Source: Patescibacteria group bacterium (GTDB lineage Bacteria; Patescibacteriota; Patescibacteriia; UBA1558; GWA2-36-10). Taken from it: DNA of 64,000 bases. Each line of letters begins with the position of its first letter. Within the stretch, counting starts at the first letter, position 1. Shown here in pieces: positions 29,554-37,851 of the stretch. Under the pieces are notes generated by a model, which was not told the origin of the DNA, searched no databases, and saw only the letters and a list, made by a program, of their open reading frames with translations. A program made the position numbers and the translations under genes. Location: the NCBI GenBank assembly GCA_041665545.1, contig JBAYIQ010000001.1, positions 222,448-286,447 on the forward strand, read 5' to 3'.

Positions 29554-30241
29554 TGATTTTTTCTTTAGGAGAAATAATAAAACCAAAAACAACTAGATTA
29601 ATAAATAGAGTAAATAATGGGCCCATGTGAATGGAAGTAAAATTATCTTTATACATGGAAAATAGATTAAAGTAACTACCAAAAGCAGTACCCATGATAA
29701 CTCCGAATAAAACCAAGCCGATTTGGGTTCTAAATATCCCGTCTGATTTTATATATTTATCGACTAGAAAATAGATTGCTGAAAAAATTACTAAAACCAT
29801 GAAAATAGTATATATTATATAACCAGCATTATTATAAGTTGCAAAATTTATTGATCCAATTCGGACGCTATCTACAAAATAATTGTAGCCAAATATAGTA
29901 TATATAATAATTAAAATACTAACAATATTTATTAACCATTTAAATAATTTATTTATTTGAATTTTTTTATAAGGAAAATAGAGAGAAAAGTAGAATAAAA
30001 AAACTATAACTAACCAGGCCATGGTGTATGGTAGACTAGAGAAAAATCTCAAAGCATCTTCGCTTAAGCTAATATTATAAAAAACTAAGCTAGCAGACCA
30101 GAGAAAAACAAAAAATGTCATCAAACTAAAATATAAATTTATTTTATTTTTTTGGCCACGAAAAAAAACAAACAAACTCATGCCTAAATTTGTCAAACCA
30201 GTAATTGATAAAATTAAATTTTGTGAGTCAGTTAAAATCAT
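29546..30241 (-). CDS. Stand-alone 7TM sensor-like membrane module, tandem paralog 1 of 3
   Basis: 231 aa multi-pass membrane protein sharing the N-terminal pattern (GL.NL.M.FFVF.RG..NKINLYF.L.TFF.F.W) and C-terminal ISPKEKI with the two neighbours and with the N-termini of 31671-33056 and the kinase at 18795-21605. Confidence 0.6.
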   Translation of the reverse strand: MILTDSQNLILSITGLTNLGMSLFVFFRGQKNKINLYFSLMTFFVFLWSASLVFYNISLSEDALRFFSSLPYTMAWLVIVFLFYFSLYFPYKKIQINKLFKWLINIVSILIIIYTIFGYNYFVDSVRIGSINFATYNNAGYIIYTIFMVLVIFSAIYFLVDKYIKSDGIFRTQIGLVLFGVIMGTAFGSYFNLFSMYKDNFTSIHMGPLFTLFINLVVFGFIISPKEKIND

Positions 30242-30245
30242 ATCT

Positions 30246-30944
30246 TTAATTACTTATTTTTTCTTTAGGGGAAATAACAAAAAACACAACTATGAAATTC
30301 ATTAAAACCGTAAAAATTGGGCCAAGCCAATCAAACCTATAATCATTAAAATATTCAATAAATAAATCAAAATAACTCCCAAATGCCAATCCAATAATAA
30401 TCGCAAACAACAACATTTTAATTTGCTGCTTTACCACGCCCTCTGCCAACTTATATTTTCTGAATAATTTACATAAAGCCCAAACTGCCACTATAACAAA
30501 ATAAACGGCATAAAGAAAAAATCCCGCCTCATTGTAATAAGAAATATACTCATAATTGCTATAGGCCCTAACCGTCTCCGTGATAAATCCCTTGGTATAA
30601 ATAAAAAATGATAAAATTATCGCCATCAATAAAATAAGAAAATGATAACTTTTTTTTAGTTTTTCAATTTGGTAGGGAAAGTGATGAACAAAATAAAATA
30701 AGGAAATAACAATTGCTAACGCGGAAACATAAGTGCTCCTAGCAAACAAACCAACCAAATTTATATCTGAAATCGAGCGTGAGATTAATAGTCCCAAACT
30801 CCAAGTAAAATTAAAAAAGGTCAGTAAACTAAAATATAAATTTATTTTATTTTTTATACCTCGTCTAAAAACAAAAAAAGTCATAAACAAATTAACCAGA
30901 GCAGCAATCAATAAAATAAAATTTTGAGTTGAAAAAATTATCAT
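30246..30944 (-). CDS. Stand-alone 7TM sensor-like membrane module, tandem paralog 2 of 3
   Basis: 232 aa. Same architecture and conserved termini as paralog 1. Confidence 0.6.
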   Translation of the reverse strand: MIIFSTQNFILLIAALVNLFMTFFVFRRGIKNKINLYFSLLTFFNFTWSLGLLISRSISDINLVGLFARSTYVSALAIVISLFYFVHHFPYQIEKLKKSYHFLILLMAIILSFFIYTKGFITETVRAYSNYEYISYYNEAGFFLYAVYFVIVAVWALCKLFRKYKLAEGVVKQQIKMLLFAIIIGLAFGSYFDLFIEYFNDYRFDWLGPIFTVLMNFIVVFFVISPKEKISN

Positions 30945-30948
30945 ATCT

Positions 30949-31644
30949 TTAATTACTTATTTTTTCTCTAGGGGAAATGATGAAATAAAATACTACCGCA
31001 TTCATAAACAAAGTGAACACCGGACCAAACCAAGCATAATGATAATTAGCAAAATAACAAAGTATCAAATCAAAGTAAGCGCCAAAAACCAAACCTATCA
31101 AAATAGCAATAAATAATATTAAAGTTTGTTTTTTGAAATAAATGTCTGGCATTTTAATTTTGCGATACAAGTTTAGTAGAGCTAACCCAGCCACAAAAAT
31201 AAAATAAACCCCATATAAAATATAAAACGGCTTGTTTACATACAGCGTGTATTCATTTCTGGCTAAATCTTTGGTAAAGCTCAATACAAACGCTCCTTTT
31301 GTATAAACGATTATTGATAAAATAAAGGCTGGGGCTAAAAGCACCAGATCATAAATTTTTTTATTTTTACTAGTTTGTAATGGAAAATATTTGGAAAAAA
31401 AGTAGAGCGACAAGGATATCCCCAAGGCAATGGGATAAGCCAAAAGTGCTCCGCCATAAAACCAAAAGTTAATATTTTCACCCATTCGAGCAATCAATAT
31501 TGTCATGGTCCACAGAAAATTAAAAAAAGTAAGCAGACCAAAATACAAGTTTATTTTATTATTAAAACCACGGCTAATAACCACAAAAAACATCATTAAA
31601 TTAACCAAGCCCGCAATCAATAACAATAAATTTTCTATACTCAT
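30949..31644 (-). CDS. Stand-alone 7TM sensor-like membrane module, tandem paralog 3 of 3
   Basis: 231 aa. Same architecture, ending ISPREKISN. Confidence 0.6.
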   Translation of the reverse strand: MSIENLLLLIAGLVNLMMFFVVISRGFNNKINLYFGLLTFFNFLWTMTILIARMGENINFWFYGGALLAYPIALGISLSLYFFSKYFPLQTSKNKKIYDLVLLAPAFILSIIVYTKGAFVLSFTKDLARNEYTLYVNKPFYILYGVYFIFVAGLALLNLYRKIKMPDIYFKKQTLILFIAILIGLVFGAYFDLILCYFANYHYAWFGPVFTLFMNAVVFYFIISPREKISN

Positions 31645-31670
31645 ATTTATTAATTAATATTGAAAAATAA

Positions 31671-33056
31671 TTATTTTTCTTCCTTATTAGCCATGGCCTG
31701 CTGATAAAGCAACAAACTGCCAATGGCAATATCCAAATATTTGTTCACTTCCTTCAAAAAATCCAGTTGCTGTTGGTAAATCAGCTTTTTATTGTTATCC
31801 AGCATGACTACTCCCAAAAGCTGATTATTATAGTATATTGGGAAAGATATGTCAATATGATGATTAACCAGCTCTTGGCTCAGCTGGGGATCAAGCCCCA
31901 AGTAGTGCACTTCTGGACTATGAAGTAAATCTTGATTTTTAGCCAAATATTTTAAAAGCAAATCCTGCTCCATGTGCAGTGTGCGCTCGCCCACTGGAAA
32001 TACTTGGTGGAAAAAATTAGCATCCCCACGCTTGGACAAATAAATAAATATTTCTTTGTAATCAATCACTTGGGCAATTTCTTTGGACAGTGATGACATC
32101 AATCTATTGAGATCACGACTAGAGCGCAAGATCACGGCAATATTATTTTGCGCTTGAATTATTCTCTCCAAAGGATGATAAATAAAAAACTTAGCCGCCA
32201 CACTGGCTAGACCAAATAAAATAGGTGCGGTCAAACCAAAAAATATCAAAAACAAAATACTATTTATGCTGCGAGAAAAATCCACCTGTACTGGCCCGCT
32301 GAGTACTAAATACAGCAAAGCATAAACCAAGCCAGTCAAAAGCAAGCGCACCAAGTTGACCAAGGTTTTGTAAAAACTTATTTTCAAATCCAAAAAGCGG
32401 TAGCGAAACAAAGCATACACCACAATAGCGGTAAATATCACGCTACTATTAACTCCCAGATAATAAAACTCCACCACTCCCAAAAGTGGTAAGAAAAAAA
32501 TAAAAATCAAAGCCGAGATAGCGGTCAAAGCCGTGGCCACAAAAATATAGTCAATTTGCTTTTTGACTATCTGATCATAGCGACTGCGCTGACGAATCAA
32601 CACTACCAGGCCCCAAGACATGAGGGTGAGAAAATAGGCCGCAAAATAAAAATAAATCGGCCCTGGTACATAAGCGACACTGTTTTGGCCGACGACAATA
32701 CTGCTGACATTATATTTGCTAAAAACAAAGGGCGACATGATATAAGCGGGCAAGAAAAAAAGATGCTGTTTGCTGCGAACTTTTTTCCAACCATCAACCA
32801 GTAAGTAGCTAAGCCAGACAAAGACCGGGGCAATATACAGTGTTGGCAATAAACCAGCGCGCACTCCCAGTAGCAAGGATTGACTGCGTAATAAAAATAA
32901 AATATTAAACAGTTCACTGCTCTGCCATAGCCACAACAAAAAAACCATGATGAAAATTGGCCAGCGCCTTTGCTTATTTTTGTTGAGGAGTATAAAAAAC
33001 AACAAGCCCAGATTGATCAGCCAAACTACTGCTAAAATTAAAGTATCTAGTGTCAT
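31671..33056 (-). CDS. 7TM sensor-like membrane domain fused to a C-terminal GAF-like cytoplasmic domain; no kinase domain
   Basis: 461 aa. Multi-TM N-terminus related to the three tandem paralogs, with a roughly 160 aa soluble C-terminus. Confidence 0.55.
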   Translation of the reverse strand: MTLDTLILAVVWLINLGLLFFILLNKNKQRRWPIFIMVFLLWLWQSSELFNILFLLRSQSLLLGVRAGLLPTLYIAPVFVWLSYLLVDGWKKVRSKQHLFFLPAYIMSPFVFSKYNVSSIVVGQNSVAYVPGPIYFYFAAYFLTLMSWGLVVLIRQRSRYDQIVKKQIDYIFVATALTAISALIFIFFLPLLGVVEFYYLGVNSSVIFTAIVVYALFRYRFLDLKISFYKTLVNLVRLLLTGLVYALLYLVLSGPVQVDFSRSINSILFLIFFGLTAPILFGLASVAAKFFIYHPLERIIQAQNNIAVILRSSRDLNRLMSSLSKEIAQVIDYKEIFIYLSKRGDANFFHQVFPVGERTLHMEQDLLLKYLAKNQDLLHSPEVHYLGLDPQLSQELVNHHIDISFPIYYNNQLLGVVMLDNNKKLIYQQQLDFLKEVNKYLDIAIGSLLLYQQAMANKEEK

Positions 33057-33091
33057 AACGCCGTCTTGTCATTTAAGCCGTCCGTGACATA

Positions 33092-33120
33092 AATATAGAG
33101 TTTTTGGGATTATTTGTCAA
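33092..33120 (-). promoter_or_regulatory. Sigma70-type promoter for 31671-33056
   Basis: Minus strand reads TTGACA, a 17-nt spacer, then TATATT, about 35 nt upstream of the ATG at 33056. Confidence 0.45.
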
Positions 33121-33145
33121 ATAGAAAAATCAACCCGACGAGTTG
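33118..33145 (-). terminator. Terminator-like hairpin downstream of the tRNA locus
   Basis: Minus strand has caactcgtcgggttg followed by atttttctattt. This hairpin is related to the hairpins at 33584-33598 and 60758-60772. Confidence 0.4.
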
Positions 33146-33192
33146 AAAATAGAAAGCCCAGGTATCCGACGATGACCTGGGCTCGATAGAAT

Positions 33193-33268
33193 TGGAGCGA
33201 GTAACTGGATTCGAACCAGCAACCTCTTCCATAGCATGGAAGTGTTCTACCAGCTGAACTATACCCGT
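33193..33268 (-). tRNA. tRNA gene with encoded CCA and anticodon GCU (Ser-type anticodon), but a class I structure with a 5-nt variable loop and tRNA-Gly-like acceptor features
   Basis: Minus strand reads ACGGGTA-TA-GTTC-AGCTGGTA-GAAC-A-CTTCC-ATGCTAT-GGAAG-AGGTT-GCTGG-TTCGAAT-CCAGT-TACTCGC-T-CCA. All invariant positions are present (U8, A14, G18G19, A21, U33, T54T55C56, A58, C61). The acceptor stem pairs 6 of 7, with A1 and C72 mismatched. Pairs C2-G71 and G3-C70 and discriminator U73 are present. Confidence 0.6.
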
Positions 33269-33445
33269 TCCAACTTAGCTTGAAACGCTGGCGGGAGGGA
33301 TTGATACCTCATGATGTGCCCTGGACTTGGACACTGCGGGGGTTTGGAGGGAGAAAGTGCAGTGGAAGTCCATAGGCGGCCGCCAGCGTATTCGGGAACA
33401 AATGATTGCTCACTACCCTAAAATACTAACACTGACAGTTTTTTT
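33269..33445 (-). ncRNA. Candidate structured leader or ncRNA immediately 5' of the tRNA, with its own promoter
   Basis: Minus strand carries TTGACA (RC of 33448-33453), a 16-nt spacer, then TAGTAT. Downstream of this promoter, a long-range 9-bp helix CGCUGGCGG/CCGCCAGCG (plus 33288-33296 with 33400-33408) encloses nested helices UGGACUU/AAGUCCA and CACUGC/GCAGUG and a 21-nt C/U-rich loop containing CCCUCC. Confidence 0.3.
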
Positions 33446-33570
33446 GTCAAGAAAATAGGTATGCCTCCAGTACCAAGAACTAGAGCTTGTTTATTATCTA
33501 GAGTCAACTAATACCACATCTCGCCCCGTAGCGACCCAGCTCCTCGCGAGGAGTTGGGTCGCTTATGGGG

Positions 33571-33598
33571 TCAAATACAAAAACAACCCGACGGGTTG
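33571..33598 (-). terminator. Rho-independent terminator for the aminotransferase gene
   Basis: Hairpin caacccg-t-cgggttg followed on the minus strand by tttttgtattt. Confidence 0.55.
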
Positions 33599-33621
33599 AT
33601 TATTAAAAATTATATTTAATA

Positions 33622-34659
33622 CTAATTATCAATATTTTTCAAAATTTCAAAAAATCTTTGATTGTGTTCGGGTAAGCCAATAGAAACTCGCATCATATTG
33701 TCCGCCAAAAATAAAGCAATAGTAAAATCTTCTTTAGCTATCAATTCTTTTAATTGGTCTATTATTTTTTCATTTACTTTTACCAAAACAAAATTGGTTT
33801 GGGAATCAAAAATTTTAAAATTGTTCAAAGTCCGCACCTGCCCTATCAGCCAATCTCTATCTTTGATAATTTTTTGAGCTGTTTCTTCATAATAACTAGC
33901 TGAATCCAAGGCCGCCAAAGCTACTTTTTCCAAAATAGTGCTAAAACCCAAATAGCGATGCTGGTAAGCTATTAGATCTTTGGCCTGTTCGCCCACCAGA
34001 GCATAACCAATGCGTAAGCCAGCCAAAGCATAATATTTAGAAAATGTTCTGACTATTAATAAATTAGGATATTTTTTCAAAATCTCAATATATTTAGCTG
34101 CTTTATAATTTTTATCATAACCATAATAGGCCTCATCTAATATCAACAAGGTGTCTTTGGTAATATTGGCTAGTACTTTTTCTAAATCCTGAAAAGCCAA
34201 AACATTGCCAGTGGGATTGTTGGGTGATGTCAGTATTAATATTTTGGGCTGATGTTTTTGGTATAGCTTCAGGCAATCATCAATATCAAAAGAAAAATCG
34301 GTGTTATTTTCAATCATTCTAAATTCCACAAATTTTATACCCAAAAAATCCGCGTATTTTTTGAAATAAGCAAAATGCCATTGATTGACCAAAATGGTAT
34401 CTTGCTTGGGATCAAGTTGTAAAAACAAATTTCTAAAAAAATCTTCCAAGCCGTAAAAAATAATAACCTGTTTTTCAGGCAGATTGAATTGCAAAGATAT
34501 TTTTTGAGCTAAAGGAGAATTATAATAGCCCTCTTGGTAATGAATAATGTTGGCCACTGGAAAATTTCTAATGACTGCCAAAACTTCAGGCGCTGGCCCG
34601 TATAAATTTTCGTTGCGATTGATTATCAGTTGCGACATGGTTTGATTAAAACTGGACAT
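33622..34659 (-). CDS. Class I/II aminotransferase (histidinol-phosphate aminotransferase-like)
   Basis: 345 aa with PLP-fold motifs SPNNPTG and TFSKYYALAGLRIGYA (Lys for PLP). Overlaps cysS by 14 nt. Confidence 0.65.
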   Translation of the reverse strand: MSSFNQTMSQLIINRNENLYGPAPEVLAVIRNFPVANIIHYQEGYYNSPLAQKISLQFNLPEKQVIIFYGLEDFFRNLFLQLDPKQDTILVNQWHFAYFKKYADFLGIKFVEFRMIENNTDFSFDIDDCLKLYQKHQPKILILTSPNNPTGNVLAFQDLEKVLANITKDTLLILDEAYYGYDKNYKAAKYIEILKKYPNLLIVRTFSKYYALAGLRIGYALVGEQAKDLIAYQHRYLGFSTILEKVALAALDSASYYEETAQKIIKDRDWLIGQVRTLNNFKIFDSQTNFVLVKVNEKIIDQLKELIAKEDFTIALFLADNMMRVSIGLPEHNQRFFEILKNIDN

Positions 34660-36028
34660 TTATAGCTTGTTGCCCAGCGTTTGTATCCTCTACTTCTACC
34701 CCCTGCTCTTTCAACTGCTCACGCAAATCATCAGCCAGTTTATAATTTTTACTTTGTCTAGCTATTTCTCGCTTTTTTAGCAAATCTTGAGCATTTTTTG
34801 GTATTTGTAAGGCCCTGCTTCGTAAATTTTTTAAATCCAAACCCAGCACTTCATCCATTTTGTAAACTGTGGCCAATTTCATGCTCCCATCTTCTTTGCT
34901 GGCCAAGAGCTGTTGTAAGACCGCCATGGCCTTGGAAGTATTTAAATCATCACTCAAAGCCAAATAAAAATCCGCTAAATATTTTTCATTTATTTTACCC
35001 GACTTATTTAAAGTCGCCAGACTTTTTACAATATTATGTAAACCGGTTTGCCCGGCGGTCAGTGATCCCCAAGAAAAATTCAAAGGCGTGCGATAATGAT
35101 TTTGCAAAAGTAAGTATCTATAAGCCAGTGGTGATATTTTTTTCTTTTCCAAATCAGTGACCGTGGTGATATTGCCCAAAGACTTGGACATTTTTTGATT
35201 ATCAAATTTCATAAAAGCATTGTGCAGCCAATAATTGGCCTGCAACTTGCCAGTGACGGCTTCTGATTGGGCCATTTCATTGGGGTGATGCACAGTCAGA
35301 TGATCCATGCCACCAGTGTGAATATCAAAAGTATCGCCCAAGGTCAGGCGGCTCATCACTGAACACTCCAAATGCCAACCCGGAAAACCCTTGCCCCAGG
35401 GTGAGTCCCATTCCATATCGCGTTGTGAATTTTTTGGTGAAAATTTCCAAACTGCAAAATCGCTCAAATGTTTTTTTTCGTCATTTTTTTCCACGCGCGC
35501 ACCTTCTTGCAAATCAACATTTTGTAAATTACCCAAAATTCCGTAATCTTTTATTTTGGAAGTATCAAAATATAAACCATCGGAAGTTTTATACAAAAAA
35601 CCTTTTTTATCTAAAATTTTTACAAACTCTATTTGCTCCTTGATAGTTTTGGTTGCTCGCAAAGTTTTTGTTGGCGCTATTATATTTAATTTTTTAGCAT
35701 CAGTCACAAAAACATTGGTATAATAATCGGCGATTTCCCAAGCGCTTTTACCTTCCCGCTTCTTGGCTTTTTCCATCTTATCCTCACCGCTATCAGCATC
35801 TGAGGTCAAATGCCCGACATCGGTGATGTTCATGACGTGCTTGACCTTATACTTTTGCGAATTCAAAAAACGCTTCAAAATATCCCAATATATATAGGGC
35901 ACAAAATTACCAATATGTGGGTAATCATAAACAGTCGGACCACAAGTATACAAACCGACCTGGCCCTTTTTTATGGCCTTAAACTCCTCTTTTTTGCGAG
36001 TTAAGCTGTTGTAAAAATTTATAGACAT
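34646..36028 (-). CDS. cysS: Cysteinyl-tRNA synthetase
   Basis: 460 aa with YTCGPTVYDYPHIGN (HIGH) and KMSKSLGN. Confidence 0.9.
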   Translation of the reverse strand: MSINFYNSLTRKKEEFKAIKKGQVGLYTCGPTVYDYPHIGNFVPYIYWDILKRFLNSQKYKVKHVMNITDVGHLTSDADSGEDKMEKAKKREGKSAWEIADYYTNVFVTDAKKLNIIAPTKTLRATKTIKEQIEFVKILDKKGFLYKTSDGLYFDTSKIKDYGILGNLQNVDLQEGARVEKNDEKKHLSDFAVWKFSPKNSQRDMEWDSPWGKGFPGWHLECSVMSRLTLGDTFDIHTGGMDHLTVHHPNEMAQSEAVTGKLQANYWLHNAFMKFDNQKMSKSLGNITTVTDLEKKKISPLAYRYLLLQNHYRTPLNFSWGSLTAGQTGLHNIVKSLATLNKSGKINEKYLADFYLALSDDLNTSKAMAVLQQLLASKEDGSMKLATVYKMDEVLGLDLKNLRSRALQIPKNAQDLLKKREIARQSKNYKLADDLREQLKEQGVEVEDTNAGQQAINVQF

Positions 36029-36103
36029 ATTAGCATAATAACATAATATATAATTATATCAAAAAATCGCCCCGAGCGTTAGTCGAAGGACGATTTTTTA
36101 AAA

Positions 36104-37105
36104 TTATTTAGCAATTTGTCCAATCATTTCTATTAAGCGACAAGAATACCCCCACTCATTGTCATACCAAGCAATAATTTTGACCATATTGCCGCCAACT
36201 ACTTTGGTCAAGGCCAAATCAACTATAGAACTGCGTGAATCTTTAATAAAATCTGAGGAAACTACTGGCTCATCAGTGACACCCAAAATATTTTTCATTC
36301 TTGGTGATTGACTAGCTTTGATCAAGGCTTTATTTATTTGCTCGACAGTCGCATTTTTTTTCAACACAAAAGTAAAATCAGCCAAAGAAACAACAGCAGT
36401 TGGTACGCGAATAGACAGACCATCAAACAAACCCTCCATCTCTGGTATTACTTGACCAGTGGCAATAGCCGCACCAGTAGTAGTTGGTACAATATTTTGA
36501 GCGGCTGTGCGTCCGCGACGCGGATCTTTGTGTGGACTGTCAACCAAATGCTGATCAGCTGTATAGGAGTGAATAGTGGTCATCATGGCTTTGTCCACAC
36601 CAAAAGTATCTACCATCACTTGCGCCACTGGGGCAATACAATTGGTAGTGCAAGAAGCATTGGAAATTACTTTTTCATTTTTATATTTTTTCTCATTGAC
36701 ACCCAATAAATAAGTCATAACATCGGCACCCTTGGCTGGAGCAGAAATAATTACTTTTTTGGCGCCAGCTTTGATATGCAAACTGGCTTGTTCACTTTTT
36801 ACAAAACGGCCAGTACATTCCAAAACTACATCTATTTTTAATTTCTTCCAAGGCAATTTATCTGGCTCAGGCACAGCTGTCACTAAAAATTTTTTGCCAT
36901 TAACTATAATATTATTATCCTTGGCTGATACTTTTTTATTATAGCGACCATACATAGTGTCGTATTTCAATAAATAGGCCAGAGCATCAGCCGGAGCCAA
37001 ATCATTGATGGCTACTACTTCATACTTGGAGCTATCCAACATTATTTTGAAGGCCGCCCGACCAATGCGACCAAAACCATTGATTGCTACTTTTATTTTT
37101 GCCAT
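36104..37105 (-). CDS. gap: Glyceraldehyde-3-phosphate dehydrogenase
   Basis: 333 aa. N-terminus INGFGRIGR and active-site ASCTTNCIAP. Confidence 0.9.
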   Translation of the reverse strand: MAKIKVAINGFGRIGRAAFKIMLDSSKYEVVAINDLAPADALAYLLKYDTMYGRYNKKVSAKDNNIIVNGKKFLVTAVPEPDKLPWKKLKIDVVLECTGRFVKSEQASLHIKAGAKKVIISAPAKGADVMTYLLGVNEKKYKNEKVISNASCTTNCIAPVAQVMVDTFGVDKAMMTTIHSYTADQHLVDSPHKDPRRGRTAAQNIVPTTTGAAIATGQVIPEMEGLFDGLSIRVPTAVVSLADFTFVLKKNATVEQINKALIKASQSPRMKNILGVTDEPVVSSDFIKDSRSSIVDLALTKVVGGNMVKIIAWYDNEWGYSCRLIEMIGQIAK

Positions 37106-37166
37106 ATTTTTTACCTTGTTAAATAATATTTAAGCGTCTATATTATACCAAATTTTAAAGCAAAAG

Positions 37167-37832
37167 TCATTGATAATTTTTCACAAAATATTTTCTCCAT
37201 ATTTCATAAATCGGCGCCCAATATAATGAAAAAGAAAAAATCCACAAAAATTCTTCCACCGGAATACCGGCCAGCAAAATGCCAGATAAATTATTAAATT
37301 GGTAGCTGGCTGACAACTCAGGGTATGTGTACCACAAGAAATAATAAAAAATTGAATAGATAAGCGTACTAACAATAGCGGCATAAATTATTTTTTTGGC
37401 TTCAGCACCCGCGTAAATCATCGCAATAAATGCACCAATTAGCATTGACAAGCAAACATAATACATTAAATTAAAATCAAAGGGTCTAAAAAAATAAGAT
37501 AAAAATAAAACCGGCGCCAGCAGGGTCAAAAAAGGATTTATTTTTTTACATTGAAACAAATTTTTTTGAAAAAATATTTGATAAGCCACGGCTGAAACAC
37601 CGCCCAGGAAAAAACAAAATAAAATGCTTTCTAGAAATAGCTCCTGACCCAAGGGTATTGTCTTAAATTGTGGAATCCAGTATTCGGGAATAAACAAGCA
37701 CTCTGATATCCCCAAAGGAGCTGCCAAAAAACTGGATACTAATATTTTTTTTCGCAAATCTTTTCTGAAAATAAAAAACATCAGCCAAATAAAAGCATAA
37801 ATGCCACTACCAATCAAATACACATAAACCAT
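37167..37832 (-). CDS. Hypothetical polytopic membrane protein
   Basis: 221 aa, highly hydrophobic, no motif recognised. Confidence 0.4.
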   Translation of the reverse strand: MVYVYLIGSGIYAFIWLMFFIFRKDLRKKILVSSFLAAPLGISECLFIPEYWIPQFKTIPLGQELFLESILFCFFLGGVSAVAYQIFFQKNLFQCKKINPFLTLLAPVLFLSYFFRPFDFNLMYYVCLSMLIGAFIAMIYAGAEAKKIIYAAIVSTLIYSIFYYFLWYTYPELSASYQFNNLSGILLAGIPVEEFLWIFSFSLYWAPIYEIWRKYFVKNYQ

Positions 37833-37851
37833 ATAATAAAAATAAACTGAC

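Noticed and set aside
33280-33450. Possible RNase P RNA or tmRNA next to the tRNA
   Set aside because: Segments resembling GGAAGUCCAUAGG (P4-like) occur, but on the wrong strand and in the wrong order relative to the complementary P4 strand. The available length (about 190 nt) is too short for RNase P RNA. There is no tmRNA tag ORF, and the tRNA-like part has complete D and anticodon arms. It is kept only as an unclassified structured RNA.
36029-36103. Possible T-box or attenuator upstream of cysS
   Set aside because: Only 75 nt, containing an imperfect hairpin plus T-run that serves as the gap terminator. No T-box motif or specifier is visible.
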